NCBI RefSeq assembly: GCF_006345805.1
Contig: NC_043005.1
Coordinates: 98,084,001-98,148,000, forward strand
Origin: Octopus sinensis
Lineage: Eukaryota
DNA length: 64,000 nucleotides
Direction: 5' to 3'
Part shown: one piece after another, positions 49,890 to 63,743 of the stretch
How positions within the stretch are numbered: position 1 is the first letter of the stretch
How the letters are laid out: each line of letters opens with the position of its first letter
Translations under genes and position numbers: made by a program
The notes under the pieces: generated by a model
Databases searched by the model: none
What the model saw: only the letters and a program-made list of their open reading frames with translations
Told to the model about the DNA's origin: nothing

Positions 49890-50892
49890 ACATGTTACTG
49901 CAGAACTACCCTAATTGAGTAAATCTAAGATTTATATATATATGTATGTGTGTGTGTGTGTGTTTGAGATTTCAGAGAGAGAACAAAAATGTGAGAAAGA
50001 ATGAGAGAGATTTTGGAGAAAGAAGAATTACAATACAACACTAGAACAAAAAATGTTTTTTTTTTGTTCTGTGAGAAAAGCAATAAGTGAGATACATATG
50101 TGTAAAGCATATAAGCAAAAAGAAGAAAAAGAAAAAAGGAAAATGAAAAACTTGTCTAAGAGGAGAGATTAAAAAGAAGAAAGATGGGAGTTCAGAGAGA
50201 GGAGACAAATGAGAGGAAAAATAATAGAAAAATTGGAGAAAAATTAATCAAAATACAACTTTGTTGTAACAATTTTTGAAAAGAGAAAGAAAGAGGAATG
50301 AGGTGGATCTGATTGAAGTGTGTGCATGGGTATGAGTGTAAAATGGTATTGCATGGAAGAAAAGCATTAACAAGAGAATGAAAGTTGGGGAAGAGTTGAG
50401 AGAGAGATGAGAAGTGAGAGAAGAATGAGAGAAATTTTGGAGAAATACTGATGAAAGGTCTGGGAAATTATATAATGTGTGCAAAGTCCAAGGAGGAAGA
50501 AACATTATATGCTATGGTGAGAAACTGACAACCAATTCACCCCTTATAATATATACATTAGAAGTTTTGAATTTGTGGAATATTATCAAATAGGAAGAGT
50601 TGGAGTATTTCTTTTGATTCTCTGTCTTTTGAATGCAGAACCTGCTGAGATCAAGTTTTCCTCTCATCTTTCTGGGATCAGCAAATAAAGTATCAGTCCA
50701 GTTATTGGGTTGATTCTCTCTCACTCTCTCTGAAATGTGCATGCAGTTCAAAAATTATTTTGCAAACCTTAAGTTTGGAAATATGTGATGGTTACACCAT
50801 CTTATCTTTAGTCAGAATCTCATCTTAAGACTGCTTAATTAGGACCAACCTGGGGTTTAAGATCAACAATAACAAAATGACCAAGCTTTAAG

Positions 50893-51216
50893 GTGGCAAG
50901 GAGCTGGCAGAGACGTTAGCATACCAGGCAAAATGCGTAGCCATATTTCGTCTGCCGTTATGTTCTGAGTTCAAATTCCGCCGAGGCTGACTTTGCCTTT
51001 CTTCCTTTCGGGGTCGATTAAATAAGTACCAGTTACACACTGGGGTCAATATAATCGACTTAATCCCTTTGTCTATCCTTGTTTGTCCCCTCTGTGTTTA
51101 GCCCCTTGTGGGTAGTAAAGAAATAGGTATTTCGTCTGCTGTTACATTCTGAGTTCAAATTCCGCCGAGGTCGACTTTGCCTTTCATCCTTTTGGGGTCG
51201 ATAAATTAAGTACTGG
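50893..51216 (+). mobile_element. SINE family A followed by a partial second copy
   Basis: Full copy to ~51127, then gtatttcgtctgc...gataaattaagtac. Confidence 0.85.
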
Positions 51217-52809
51217 TGAATGAGACAGCTGGTCTCAACGCTGTGCAAATATGCCTGGCAAGAGTGAAGGTGTTTTTCACTTAGCTGCCTTCGACACTCT
51301 AGCAAGTCGAATCTTGTGATGGCTCAACACTGACTGGTTAGTTTCTCAGCTGACCACATGAGACGACTATGACAATAATTACTCAGAAATTCAGCAATTC
51401 AGTTTCAAATCTGCTACAGCACCTCCATGACTGGTGAAAGGAAAAGAGAATGGAAGGAAGGAAAGAATCCTCACCCTGGGGATTTGTAACAAAGTGGACT
51501 CTGCTAAAGGCGCCTGAAGTGCTAAGTGGTGGTGTCAACCCTGATGACAAATTAAGGTTATCACACAAGTAAGCTATGAAGGGATTGAACTCAGTATGCA
51601 GTGAACTGGCGGTTCACAAACTCCATAACGCATCTGGCCCAACTTTCTCAAAGTTCTACCAGCCCACAAAACCAGCTTTGATACTTTTATTAACTGCAAA
51701 AGGATAAAAAGGCAAAGTCAACCTTGGCAGAATTTGAACTCAGTGCGTAGAGAGTTGAAATGAATACTGTATGCTGTCCTGTACGATACTTGAATGACTT
51801 TGCCAGCTTACTGCTTGACATGTTAAAATGTTACTGCAAGATCAAATATGCTGTGAAAGAAAAGTTTCACCCCTTATTGCAGATCCTTAGCAGAAGTGGA
51901 AACCTTGTCATTAATTTGGCAAAGATTTAGAGAAAAGAATCATCGCTAAATAAATGAATAAATAAACGAACGCAATCTCTTGGCAAGTGTATATTTGTTG
52001 GCAAAAAGTAAAGAAAATTGCTTTAAAAATTAAATTATTGATAAGCATCATCATCATCATCATCACAATCATCAAGCTTGTGCTTATGTGTGATTCTCTG
52101 CTGCTACACTGTCATCATCGTCATCATCATCACCCCCACTAACCACCACAACCACACACCCCTCACCTCCACCGCTATCTTGGTCCTCCTCATTGTTGTT
52201 GTTGCTGTCATCACCATCCACATTAGCTATCATCATCATCATCGTCAGCTGCTAACCATAAGTACCGTCATAAAACCACTTCAGTTACCAATTAATTATA
52301 GTGAAAAGAGATTTGTGTTAACTATAATAGTGTCGGTGAGAGGAGAGAAGTATTACGTAGAAGAAAGAGAGGGAGAGAGAGAGTATGAAATAGTGAGAGT
52401 GAGGGAAATATTGGATGTGTATATATATGTGTGTGTGTGTGTGTGGTGGGCAAGAGACTAGCACGCTATTCAAAGTAAATTTCATTTTAATCTTTGGAGA
52501 ATATTTTTTGAACATATTTCTTTTCCTTTACATTTATAATTTTCAGGGAAAAAAAATGCAATTTTACATATTTTTGTTTCCTATTTCCATTTTGCAGGAA
52601 ATTGTAATTGGTTTCATTTGCCAAAATAATAAAGAACTAAAAGAAAGAAAAAAAACATCATTACATTAAAAAGAAATTTCATCCACAATACTTCAGTATA
52701 TATATATATATATAACTATATATATATGTGTGTGTCGATGTATGCATTGATATGTGCATGGGTATATATGTATGTGGATATTATATATGTATGGATGTGG
52801 GTCTATCTA

Positions 52810-52848
<39 letters not shown>

Positions 52849-52860
52849 ATATATATATAT

Positions 52861-55800
52861 GAGAGAAGACGGGTTGATGTATGCTGCATACAAGAGGTAA
52901 GATGGAGAGGTGCTTCAGCTAGGGTCCTCACAGGCAAGGCACATAGGTATAAAGTCTTCTGGCAAGGTAACATGGATGGTGTAGGGGGTGTAGTCATTCT
53001 CCTTGCGGAGAAATGGGTGGATAAGGTCATAGAGGTTGTCAGGGTTTACGATAGAGTGCTTAAGCTCAGGTTAGTCCTACAGAGTGGCACAGCTACGATT
53101 ATCTCCGCCTATGCCCCACAAGCGGGACTACCAAATGATCAGAAGGACCACTTTTATGATACCCTTCTACAGGCTACCTCAAAGACTAGTGGCAAGGACC
53201 TCATCTTTGTGGGTGGAGACTTTAATGGGCATGTTGGGCGGGAATCAGGTATCTTCACTGGGGTACACGGTGGCCATGGTATTGGCACCAGAAATGATGA
53301 GGGAACTAGACTACTGGAATTCTGTGATGCATGTAACCTTTTAATCTGCAACACTAACTTCAAGAAGCCTGGCTGCCACCTTATAACCTATCAGTCAGGA
53401 GACTCCGCTAGCCAAATAGACTTCATCTTCACCAGACAGCGGGATGCAGGGTCGCTCTTAAATACAAAGATCCTCCCGGGTGAAGAATTATCCCTCAGCA
53501 TAGGCTAATCATCAGTGACTTTGAGCTTGAGGCCAGAAGGACTCCAAGAAACAAACCAATCCAGAAAAGAAGGATTTGGAAGCTAAAGAACCCTTCACAT
53601 GGTCAGATATTTAGGGACATCCTCATCAAGAAATTTGATGAGAGGGAGGAGGAGCTTCAGACGTTGGACATAGAAGGTAGCTGGGAATTCTTACGGGACA
53701 GCTTGCTGAGTGCCAGAGATTAAGTCTGTGGATGGTGCAAAGTCCCTTCCAGACCTAGAGTTACGTGGTGGTGGAATAGTTCAGTAGACAAAGCCATTAG
53801 TGCAAAGAGACAGGCCTGGAAAGCCTGGAGGGATGGGGGTAGCAGGGAACTGTACCAGGTAGCCAAAAGGGAGGCTGGGCAGCAGGTATACATAGCCAAA
53901 GATGTAGCAGAAAAGAAGTTTGCCAATGTCCAGCGACGTGAGGACCAAAGAGCTGAGGTATTTCGGATTGCCAGACAGTGTGTGAGAGAAAATAGTGATG
54001 TTACAGGAGAGAAATGTGTCCGCATGGATGATGGGGCACTTGCTTTTAATGTTGGTGAAAAGAAAGAGGCTTGGAGAAGCCATTAGGAAAGACTGCTGAA
54101 TGAGGAGAATGAATGGGAGGAGGAGAGCCTGCCAAATGTTGACCCAGTAGAGGGACCAGCTATCCGAATAGACAGCTCCTTTGTAGTTAAGGCAATTAAG
54201 GATATGAAACCAAGTAAAGCCCCCGGCCCATCAGGAATCACTGCTGAGATGCTTAAAACAGCTGGCTATGTGGGCTATGGCCTAGTCATCTGCATTGTAA
54301 ACCAGGTAGTTCATAATGGAGTCATACCCAATGACTGGCGTAGCAGCACCATAGTCAACTGCTACAAGGGTAAGGGTGATGCTCTAGATAGAAATAACTA
54401 CAGGGGTATTAAACTGTTGGATCAGGTGATGAAGGTCACAGAGAGGGTCAGAACCCATCTCATTAGGGAGAGAATTTGCTTAGATGAGATGCAGTTCGGT
54501 TTTGTGCCGGGTAGAAGCACCACTGATGCTATATTCCTGGTTCGACAACTGCAGGAGAAGTACCTAGCTAAAGATACACCCCTCTACATAGCTTTTGTGG
54601 ACTTGGAGAAAGCCTTTGACAGGGTTCCCCGATCCCTTTTCTGGTGGTCAATGTGGAAACTGGAGATTGACGAATGGCTAATAAGGGCTGTACAGGCTCT
54701 ATACAGAGAGGCTGTCAGCAAGGTTAGGATTGGCAACGAATATAGTGAAGAATTCCGGGTAGAAGTAGGTGTACACCAAGGCTCAGCCCTCAGTCCCCTT
54801 TTATTCATCATAGTCCTCCAGACAATAACAGAGGAATTCATAACAAGATGCCCCTGGGAGCTCCTCTATGCTGATGACTGGCTCTCATAGCAGAATCACT
54901 ACCGGAACTAGAAAAGAAATTTTGGGTGTGGAAGCAAGGGTTGGAATCAAAGGGCCTTAGAGTAAATGTAGCAAAGACCAAAGTTATAGTAAGCAGAAAG
55001 GCGAACTCAGCACACACACCCTCGGGCAGGTGGCCCTGCTCGATCTGTAGGAAAAGTGTAGGTAGAAACTCCATAAGATGTACCCAGTGTAAGCTATGGA
55101 TGCATAAGAGGTGCAGCAACATCAAAGGGAAATTAACTGATAAGATAGCTTTCATGTGCAGCAGATGCACAGGGGCAATAGACACCACAGACACTCAGAA
55201 AACAGATTCCATCACACTCCAGGGGGAGAAACTAGAAGTAGTTGATAGTTTCCGCTACCTGGGTGACCAAGTTAGTAGTGGAGGTGGATGCTCAGAGAGT
55301 ATCGCCACTAGAATATGAATAGCCTGGGCAAAGTTCAGAAAACTCCTACCCCTACTGGCGACAAAGGGTCTCTCGCTCAGAGTGAAAGGTAGATTGTATG
55401 ATGCATACGTGCGAACTGCCATGCTTCACGGTAGTGAAACATGGGCCGTGACTGCAGAGGACATGCGTAGACTTGAAAGAAATGAAGCTAGCATGATCCA
55501 CTGGATGTGTAATGTCAGTGTGCACGCACGACAGAGTGTAAGCACCCTGAGAGAAATGCTGGACATAAAAAGCATCAGATGTGGTGTGCAAGAGTGACAC
55601 TTGCGATGGTATGGTCATGTACTGCGGATGGATGAGGAGAGATGTGTGAAGAAGTGCCACTCCCAAACAGTTGAAGGTATCAGGGGGAGAGGCAGACCCA
55701 GGAAGACATGGGATGAGGTAGTCAAGCATGACCTCAGAGCGTTGGGCCTCACTGAGGCAATGGTGAAGGACCGAGATCTCTGGAGATATGCTGTGACTGC

Positions 55801-56470
55801 AAAGACCCGGGCTGCTTCCTGCACCAGTTCCGCATAGCCCCTGCTCATTCAAAGTACCCTGGATTCCAGAACATCCCGCTGTGCTTGAGGAGACCTGTTG
55901 AGTCATGAACATGAACATCGAAATAAATATCAATGGAAATAGTAGTTGTGATACCTGTGCTGGTGGCACATAAAAAGCACCATCCGAACGTGGCCGTTGC
56001 CAGTGCCGCCTCGACTGGCTTCTGTGCCGGTAACACATAAAAAGCACCATCCGAACGTGGCCTATGCCAGCGCCGCCTTGACTGGCTTCTGTTCCGGTGG
56101 CACATAAAAAGCACCGTCCGAATGTGGCCGATGCCAGCACTGCCTCGACTGGCTCCAGTGCCGGTGGCACATAAAAAGTACCATCCGAACGTGGCCATTG
56201 CCAGCGCCGCCTTGGCTGGCTTCTGTGCCGGTGGCACGTTAAAAGCTCCAACCGATCATGGCCGATGCCGGATCCCCCCCCGGCACATGTGCAGGTGGCA
56301 TGTAAAAAGTACCCACTACACTCGCTGAGTGGTTGGCATTAGGAAGGGCATCCAGCTGTAGAAACTCTGCCAGATCAGACTGGAGCCTGGTGCAGCCCCT
56401 AGCTTCCCAGACCCCGGTCAAACCGTCCAACCCGTGCTAGCGCGGAAAACGAACGTTAAACGATGATGAT
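52861..56470 (+). mobile_element. RTE LINE, near-complete ORF with stops and frameshifts, expanded 3' UTR repeats
   Basis: VDVCCIQEVRW, SAYAPQ, GGDFNGHVG, KAPGPSG, EKAFDRVPR, YADD, GRPRKTW; same tail as 29930-30100. Confidence 0.94.
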
Positions 56471-56551
56471 GATATATATATATATATGTATTTAATTTTT
56501 GGATTTGGTTTGCAAGATTCTTTATGTGAGTTTGTGTGTTGAAGCATATTC

Positions 56552-56815
56552 TGTTGTGTCTGGGGAGAGCCATTTTCTTTTTGTGCCTTGTAATATAACA
56601 CACTCACCGGTAAAATTTCCACTTATTTCTTATTTTTATTTTCCTCAAATTTTCATTGCGTCTTGCAACCTTTTGAAGAGTCTTGACTCTTGAAAAGGTT
56701 GCAAGATGCAACGAAAATTTTAGGAAAATAAAAATAAGAAATAAATGGAAATTTTACCAGTGAATGTGTTATATTACAAGGCACAAAAAGAAAATGGCTC
56801 TCCCCAGACACAACA
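56552..56815. repeat. 131-bp-arm fold-back palindrome of a pLTR-like sequence
   Basis: Centre gagtc-tt-gactc (56678-56689); a diverged third copy at ~56846-56922; arms resemble the PLE pLTR end. Confidence 0.88.
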
Positions 56816-57061
56816 ATGTATATATATATCAATATATCTTACCTCAGTTTTGTATTTGGCTTGCAAGGTTCCTGATGTGAATTTGTGTGTTGAAATAAAT
56901 CTTGTGTCTTGGGAGGGTCATTGTGCTAAATAGGTAACCAACTAACTACTTGATCATTTGTTTAATGTGTTTGTTAAATAATCAATCAGTTGTCAGTTTG
57001 TCAAAGCCCTTTCATCATTATTTGTGACCTCATCAATGTCAAGCCTCCTCTCTTCAAGGTC

Positions 57062-57096
<35 letters not shown>

Positions 57097-57309
57097 CATG
57101 TGTGTGTGTGCGCGTGTGCATGCGTATTTGTATGTGTGTGTGTGAGTATGTAAGCATGCATGTATTTATATATAAATATACGTAATTATACATTTATTAT
57201 GTATAGTTGACATGCATTTATTATTACCATCATCATCATCATCATCATCATCATCATTTAACATATATGTATATTTATACTTTAGCATTGCATCAGCTGG
57301 CTGGGAAAT

Positions 57310-57910
57310 AAACCCAGGTTGCCCACATGGCAGGAAAGTCCCCATTTGGAGCCATCAATAATAAACTGATTTTTAGAATGAGGCAAAGATTTAGGGGCTT
57401 GCTCCACCTTTACCATGGGTTGGCCTGGCATTGCAGTACTTCCAGGATTCAGCCCATTTTCTCGCTGCCTGGCAGTAGTTGCAGTCAGACTGAAATGTCA
57501 CCAGGAAAGCAATTTACAAAAGCCAGCCATGCTGCCTTCTCTAAACCCTCTCTGGTAAAACTGGATAGCATGGCCAGTCTCCAAACTTCTGTGGCATACT
57601 CATCGATCTGTTTCCCTATCCACCTGACCATTCCCATCTTAGCAAACATGGCATATGTTCCCTCCATATAAGCTTCCCTCAAGCACTGCTTGAACTTTGC
57701 TCTGCTCAATTGGTCTTCCTTGTCCATCTCAAGGCACAGCACCAGCGCGCTTCCCCCCGGGTACAGGGCAATGAACCAGCTACACCATCAGTGCCTCATA
57801 GCCTGGCCACTACCTTGATCTTACAGATCCAGGCCACTACATCTCCTTTGCCATAGAAAGGACTGATGGCATCACTGCTGATCCTTATCTTCACCACCAT
57901 ATTGTGGAAG
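57310..57910 (-). pseudogene. Gypsy-like gag remnant
   Basis: ISPFYGKGDVVAWICKIKVVARL...LPLYPGGSALVLCLEM...AFVNCFP and a degenerate knuckle (PCGQPG). Confidence 0.55.
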
Positions 57911-58094
57911 GGGATAGCAACAATGGAGAAATATATGTATCCATGAGTGCCAAAATAGTTTGTAGTATGAGGGAACTGTAATGTGGGGAAATAAGATATG
58001 GTTCACCCACCTTCTTGTTGTTGGCTGTCCAGCTGTACTAAGTCCAAAACATGTGCCCTACCCATCGCACCTCACGTTAGAAGCTGCTAGTACC

Positions 58095-58326
58095 TATTTC
58101 TTTATTACCCACAAGGGACTAAACACAGAGGGGACAAACAAGGACAGACATAGGTATTAAGTCAATTACATCGACCCCAGTGCGTAACTGGTACTTAATT
58201 TATCGACCCCGAAAGGATGAAAGGCAAAGTCGACCTCGGCGGAATTTGAACTCAGAACGTAGCGGCAGACGAAATACCGCTAAGCATTTCGCCCGGCGTG
58301 CTAACGTTTCTGCCAGCTCGCCGCCT
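58095..58326 (-). mobile_element. SINE family A (near consensus)
   Basis: Reverse full-length copy. Confidence 0.9.
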
Positions 58327-59264
58327 TAGTACCTGCTAGTACCATTCCCTCTAGCTTGCTCCATTGATATCTGTTCACTGTGAGTGCCCCAGACTGAAAG
58401 AGAGCAACCCTGGCCTTGCTTCCCTCACTTCTCTCTTCCCTTCCTGTTCCAATCAGATTCTTTGACCGTTGAGGTCATAGCCCTTTCCTTCCGGCTCATT
58501 GCATCTTCACAGTATGTATATGTGTGTGTGTGTGCACGTGTGTGTTTGTGTGTGTGTGTGTGTGTGTGCATGTGTGTGTACGTGCGTATGTGTGTTTTTG
58601 TGTGTGTGTGTGTGTTTGTGTGTGTGTGTTTGTGTGTGTGTGTGTATTTGTGTGTGTGTGTATGTACGTGTGTGTGTCTACATGTGTGTGTCTGTCTACG
58701 TGTGTGTGTGTGTGCGTATGCATGAAAGTTTACATCCTCTGTAAGTAAAGCATCCTGTATTTTTATGCTTTGGAAAACAAGTGAAATAATAAATGAGAAA
58801 ACCCAACCATGACCACAAGGAAAAGAGAAAAAGGAAAATGGCATTGAAGATATTATATATCAATTACAGGTAACTCATAACTATATTTGGGAAGTGAAGG
58901 TGAATTAGCAATTCCTTGTATTGCGCACCACGTATTGAATTCTTTGTGAATACTGTTCCACTTGATCTTTGAATCAAATTGAACAAATAGTATAAACATA
59001 TGTGTGTGTGTGTGTGTGTTTGTGTGTGTGTGCATGTGTGTGTATGTGTGTACATATCTATGTATATATAATGAAGTTAAACTAACGACTGATATATTTG
59101 AAATCCTTCACTATGTACATTCCAGGTTTGCTTAATATATAATAGGCAATGCATCTATTACATTGGTCTCTCAGAATGCTTTAAACGAGGAAGGTTTATG
59201 TAATGGATGCACTGCCTGAACTTACAGAGTGAATTGGGTGAATATGCACGCGCATGTGTGTGTT

Positions 59265-59773
59265 AGTTAGTTAATTTGGCTCAAAAGCAAATAGCAAGGC
59301 CATGTAGGGGAACATGGAGTTAAGTACAGGGTGGTGTTCATGTAAAGAGTTCAGGCCACTTGAGGTCCAGGGAGGCTTTGAACAAAGCGGTCGTCGGCAT
59401 CTTCACCATCTCGTCTGGCAGCTTGTTCCACGGATCCGCAACCCGGACGGAGAAAGCTCCTCTCCTTCGATTGAGATGAAATCGTCGCAGGTAGAGCTTT
59501 TCGGAATGACCCCGCAGCCGACGCTCTGGAGCAGGAGTGAAGAACAGCTCTTTCGAGAGGTTACACTTTCCGCTTATGATGTTGTGGGCGAGAATGAGAT
59601 CACCACGGCAGCGGCGTTTTTCAAGAGAATAAAGGTCGAGCGTCCTCAGCCTTTCTTCGTAGGACAAATTTTTGAGACCATGAACCATGCGGGTAGCCAG
59701 CTTCTGGACTCTTTCGAGATGCTGTATGTCTTTGAGGAGATAAGGAGAAGAGGCTTGAATCCCATACTCCAAG
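59265..59773 (-). mobile_element. CR1 LINE 3' fragment with open ORF2 C-terminus
   Basis: LEYGIQASSPY..KDIQHLERVQKLATR..LSYEERL..LYSLEKRRCRGDLI..FSVRVADPWNKLP..FKASLD; (TAAC)n tail. Confidence 0.92.
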
Positions 59774-61130
59774 TGTGTGTGTGTGTGTGTGTGTTCCACA
59801 GGCCTCTGCAATTTCTGTCCACTAAATTTCATCCTCAAAGTATTAAACAAAGGTTATAGTAGAAGATCCTTGCATGAGATGTCCTATAGTGGGACTGAAC
59901 CTGAGCCCTTTTGGTTATCAAGTGAATTTCTCGACCGCACAACCAATAACATAAATCAATGAATCAGCTTAACTGAGTTAATTTACAAATTAACTGAGTT
60001 AATTTACAAATGTCTTTAATTAGTAGTCCTTTGCCTGTTGGTAATTTTTAATTTGTGGCACGTCGTTTAGTATTGATTCTGAAATTATGTAATTCTCCTT
60101 CTTAACAGCCATTTTTAGTTAATCGAGTTTTACCTTGGGGGCCAGTGCTGTATTTTCTGAATTCACTAGAGTTTTGCAGGATTGAAAAGATGAGCCAGGT
60201 AAATTCAGTAATGAAGAACTGGTGAAGAGGCTGGCTGTTGCACTTGACTCGATGTTGTTACTGTTATTGATTGAAATTTTGAAAGAATTTGTGTGGTGGC
60301 TTATCAAAGTAATTGAGGCTATTTACGTGTGGTGGACTTAATCTGTCACCCTGTTCACCTCCATCACCTGCCCTGTGTTTGCTTTTAGGAAGAGTTCACT
60401 CTGTTGCTAACACTTGGAGCAGGTCTCTAGTTTGAAAAAAGCTTCTTCTCTTCTTTTCCAGACTGTTTCTCCTCTTACTACATTATCTATATTTACAAAA
60501 ATATTGGAATACTTTAGACAAATAGTATGTCTATGTTTACATATGGTCACAATCGAACATAGCTATCTCCGGGAGCAACAAAAATAAGCAATTTTGCTAT
60601 TGAGGAAACCTCAATGTAGTCAATTAACCTGCTTGACATAGTAGCTGTATCTCCCAGATATCATGCCTTGAAATTGTGAAGGATACATTAGGCTACATAG
60701 CCTTACATAGTTCTAAGAAACAAATATCATGGTTACAACTGGAATGCCTTTGATCTCGAGTCTGTTGACTAATTAGCTTAACCCAGTGGGAAACTGGTTA
60801 AAGGCTAATTGAGAAAGTAGTGGAATGTGCCAGAAGTCATTAATGATATTCTATAAATTTTTTTTCACATTTCCCTGTTTAAAAGCACACAGATGGTGGT
60901 ACCTAACTAACCTTGAGTGTATTGCTTGACTGTTTATTTTAGTACTATTATAAGATTACTTTCAAACCAGTGCTACTCTTTCTAAACTTACTTTATGGTT
61001 TTCTGTCCTTTTATAAGCATTTTTTCAACACTATTTACATAAATGCCGACAGATAATAGCAGTAGGTGAGTGGAGAGTGTATTGCTAGTTTGGTTGTTAT
61101 TCTGGAGTTCTCCTTCTATCTTTCCCTTAA

Positions 61131-61738
61131 CTCTTTAGCATTCAGATTACTCCGTCAAATCTAATATTTATTCACCTTGTTTTGAATAATCATACATTGT
61201 CATAACTTTGAGATTTCAATGATGTGATTGTTTATTTTTAAAATGACATAACTCTTTTACTTGTTTCAGCCATTTGACCATGGCCAGGCTTGAGCACCGC
61301 CTTTTTAGTTGAGCAAATCAATCCTAGGACTTATTCTTTGTAAGCCTAGTACTTATTCTATCGGTCTCTTTTGCTGAACCGTCAAGTTACGGGGATGTAA
61401 ACACACCAGCATCGATTGTCAAGCGATGTTGGGGGGACAAACACAGACACACAAATACGTATATAGATATACATATATATGACGGGCTTCTTTCAGTTTC
61501 TGTTTACCAAATCCACTCACAAGGCTTTGGTCGGCCCGAGGCTATAGTAGAAGACACTTGCCCAAGGTGCCACGCAGTGGGAATGAACCCGGAACCATGT
61601 GGTTGGTAAGCAAGCTACTTATCACACAGTCACTCCTGCACCATAGTAGGATTGAGATTAGAGGCTAGATCTGGCATGTATGAACATAAAACATGTAAAA
61701 TATTTCGGCCGGATATGGCCAGTTTGAATACTAAAGGG
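61131..61738. mobile_element. piggyBac-type MITE with nested CORE-like SINE (61252-61642, minus strand)
   Basis: TTAA|CTCTTTAGCATTC ... GAATACTAAAGGG|TTAA; an uninterrupted copy lies at 63744. Confidence 0.8.
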
Positions 61739-62069
61739 TTAAACTAGCTAAATGCTACTTCTAAATCAATTTCTTACATCCTCATCATTTTTGCATCTTT
61801 TTTTTTTCCATGCTTAGATGAGTTAGACAGATCCCCTCCAACATCCCAATACCCATAGTGTTTCCTTGTCATCTTCATGAGGTTGAACATTCTGAGACTA
61901 GCCTTCACCACTTCTGCCCATGTCTTCCTTGGTCATTCTCTTCCACTGGTTCCTTCCACATTTCTTTCCTGGTATTTTTTCATCCACCTGTCATCATTCA
62001 TCTGGATCACTTGTCTATACCAACCTAGCTGTCTCTCTCTTGCAATCTACAACTGATTCCTCACATACC

Positions 62070-62298
62070 TATTTCTTTACTACCCACAAGGGGCTAAACA
62101 CAGAGAAAACAAACAAGGACAGACAAACGGATTAAGTCGATTATATCGACCCCAGTGCGTAACTGGTACTTAATTTATCGACCCCGAAAGGATGAAAGGC
62201 AAAGTTGACCTCGGCAGAATTTGAACTCAGAACGTAACGGCAGACAAAATACAGCTACGCATTTCGCCCAGTATGCTAACATTTCTGCCAGCTCGCAG
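62070..62298 (-). mobile_element. SINE family A
   Basis: Reverse full-length copy. Confidence 0.88.
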
Positions 62299-63743
62299 CC
62301 TTTGATTCTTCACATGTGAGCACAATGTCATTTTAAACAACTGACACTCGTTTTATGAAATGTTTATGTTCACCTCTTAAAAACACAATTCAAATTTCAA
62401 CTTATTCTGATTCACTACACACTTTATGCCATTGTTTGTGAACATTTTTCATTCTGTGACAAATTGTTTTGGTGACCATCCTTAAATCATAATACAGTTT
62501 TACTGCAGCAGTCTTCAATTTACAATACAATGCATAATGATTATCTTATAAGAAATCAAAGTTTGTTGCCCTGGTAATTATCTTTTACTTCTTATTCATC
62601 TTATTGGTAAACATCCTATCCTTAATTTATCACCTGTTTTATCATGAACGTCTATAATTTATAATCTGCATTCAGATAATTATTTTTATTTCCAGCTGAT
62701 TGGTGAGCAGCTATATTTTCTGGAGAGATCATTGATTGATATTTTTACTGTTACCATATCTTGATGTTTTAAGAATATTTTATAATTTATAGAACATCTT
62801 TAACAGCAATCTTAAGTTCTTGAATTTTCTTTCAAAATAGGATTGCCATTTACATTTTTGGTTTCTTTTGACAAGGCACTGGGTTCATTTTCATAACTGT
62901 TGAGGAATATGCAATTGGTAAGACTGGTGCTAATATACTTAAAGTATATTAGCATATAGTAATCAAATAAATTTTGATTAATTAGAATTACACTTGTGTT
63001 AAAGAGGAAGAATAATTAACTACTTGATGATCATTTTTAATCAAGAAAAGTAAGGGAGACAACACCCTCCTACCCTAAATTTTAATTAAAATCAGAATGT
63101 AGATAACGTAGTAATGAGTTAGTCTTGTCTTGACAGTGTGGTGACACTCATGTTTAAGTGGATAACTAGCCTACTTAATTCCTCTGTATTTTTAAGGCAA
63201 TAACACTGGCTATAGCCATGCTGAGGCATAAGTGTTGGCCTGCTTTGAGAACATCAGTTCTCTCTTTCTCACATTTTGTCCTACCCTCCCTCTCTCTCTC
63301 TCTACTCCTCTCTCTCTCTAGTTGTTTTTCTCCTTGATTTCAATATTCCCACATTTCTTCCAGTTTTTTTCATGCTAATCATGCTGATTTAGATAATATA
63401 GAAACTTAATCACATTTATTTAATAATCCTACAATATACTGTGTGGAGGCACATGGCTTAGAGGTTAGGGTGCTGAGCTCATGACTGTAAGATTGTGGTT
63501 TCAATTCCTGGATCAGGTGATGCATTGTGTCCTTGAGCAAGACACTTCATTTCACATTGATCAGAAATGGCAAAAACGAGTAATAATCCTGCAATGGATC
63601 GGTGTCCTGTCAAGGGAGGAATATATACGCCAGAGAAACCAGGAAACTGGCACTTTGCTCCTTGTAGAGTAATGTGGACTAACCAAAATATATTGTTGAT
63701 GTGACCACAAGGAAGAAAGAACTAAGAAAGAGCAACAACTTAA

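Noticed and set aside
55955-56310. Repeat-spacer-like array resembling CRISPR
   Set aside because: Spacers are homologous to each other, the array lies in an RTE 3' UTR, there are no cas genes, and the context is eukaryotic.
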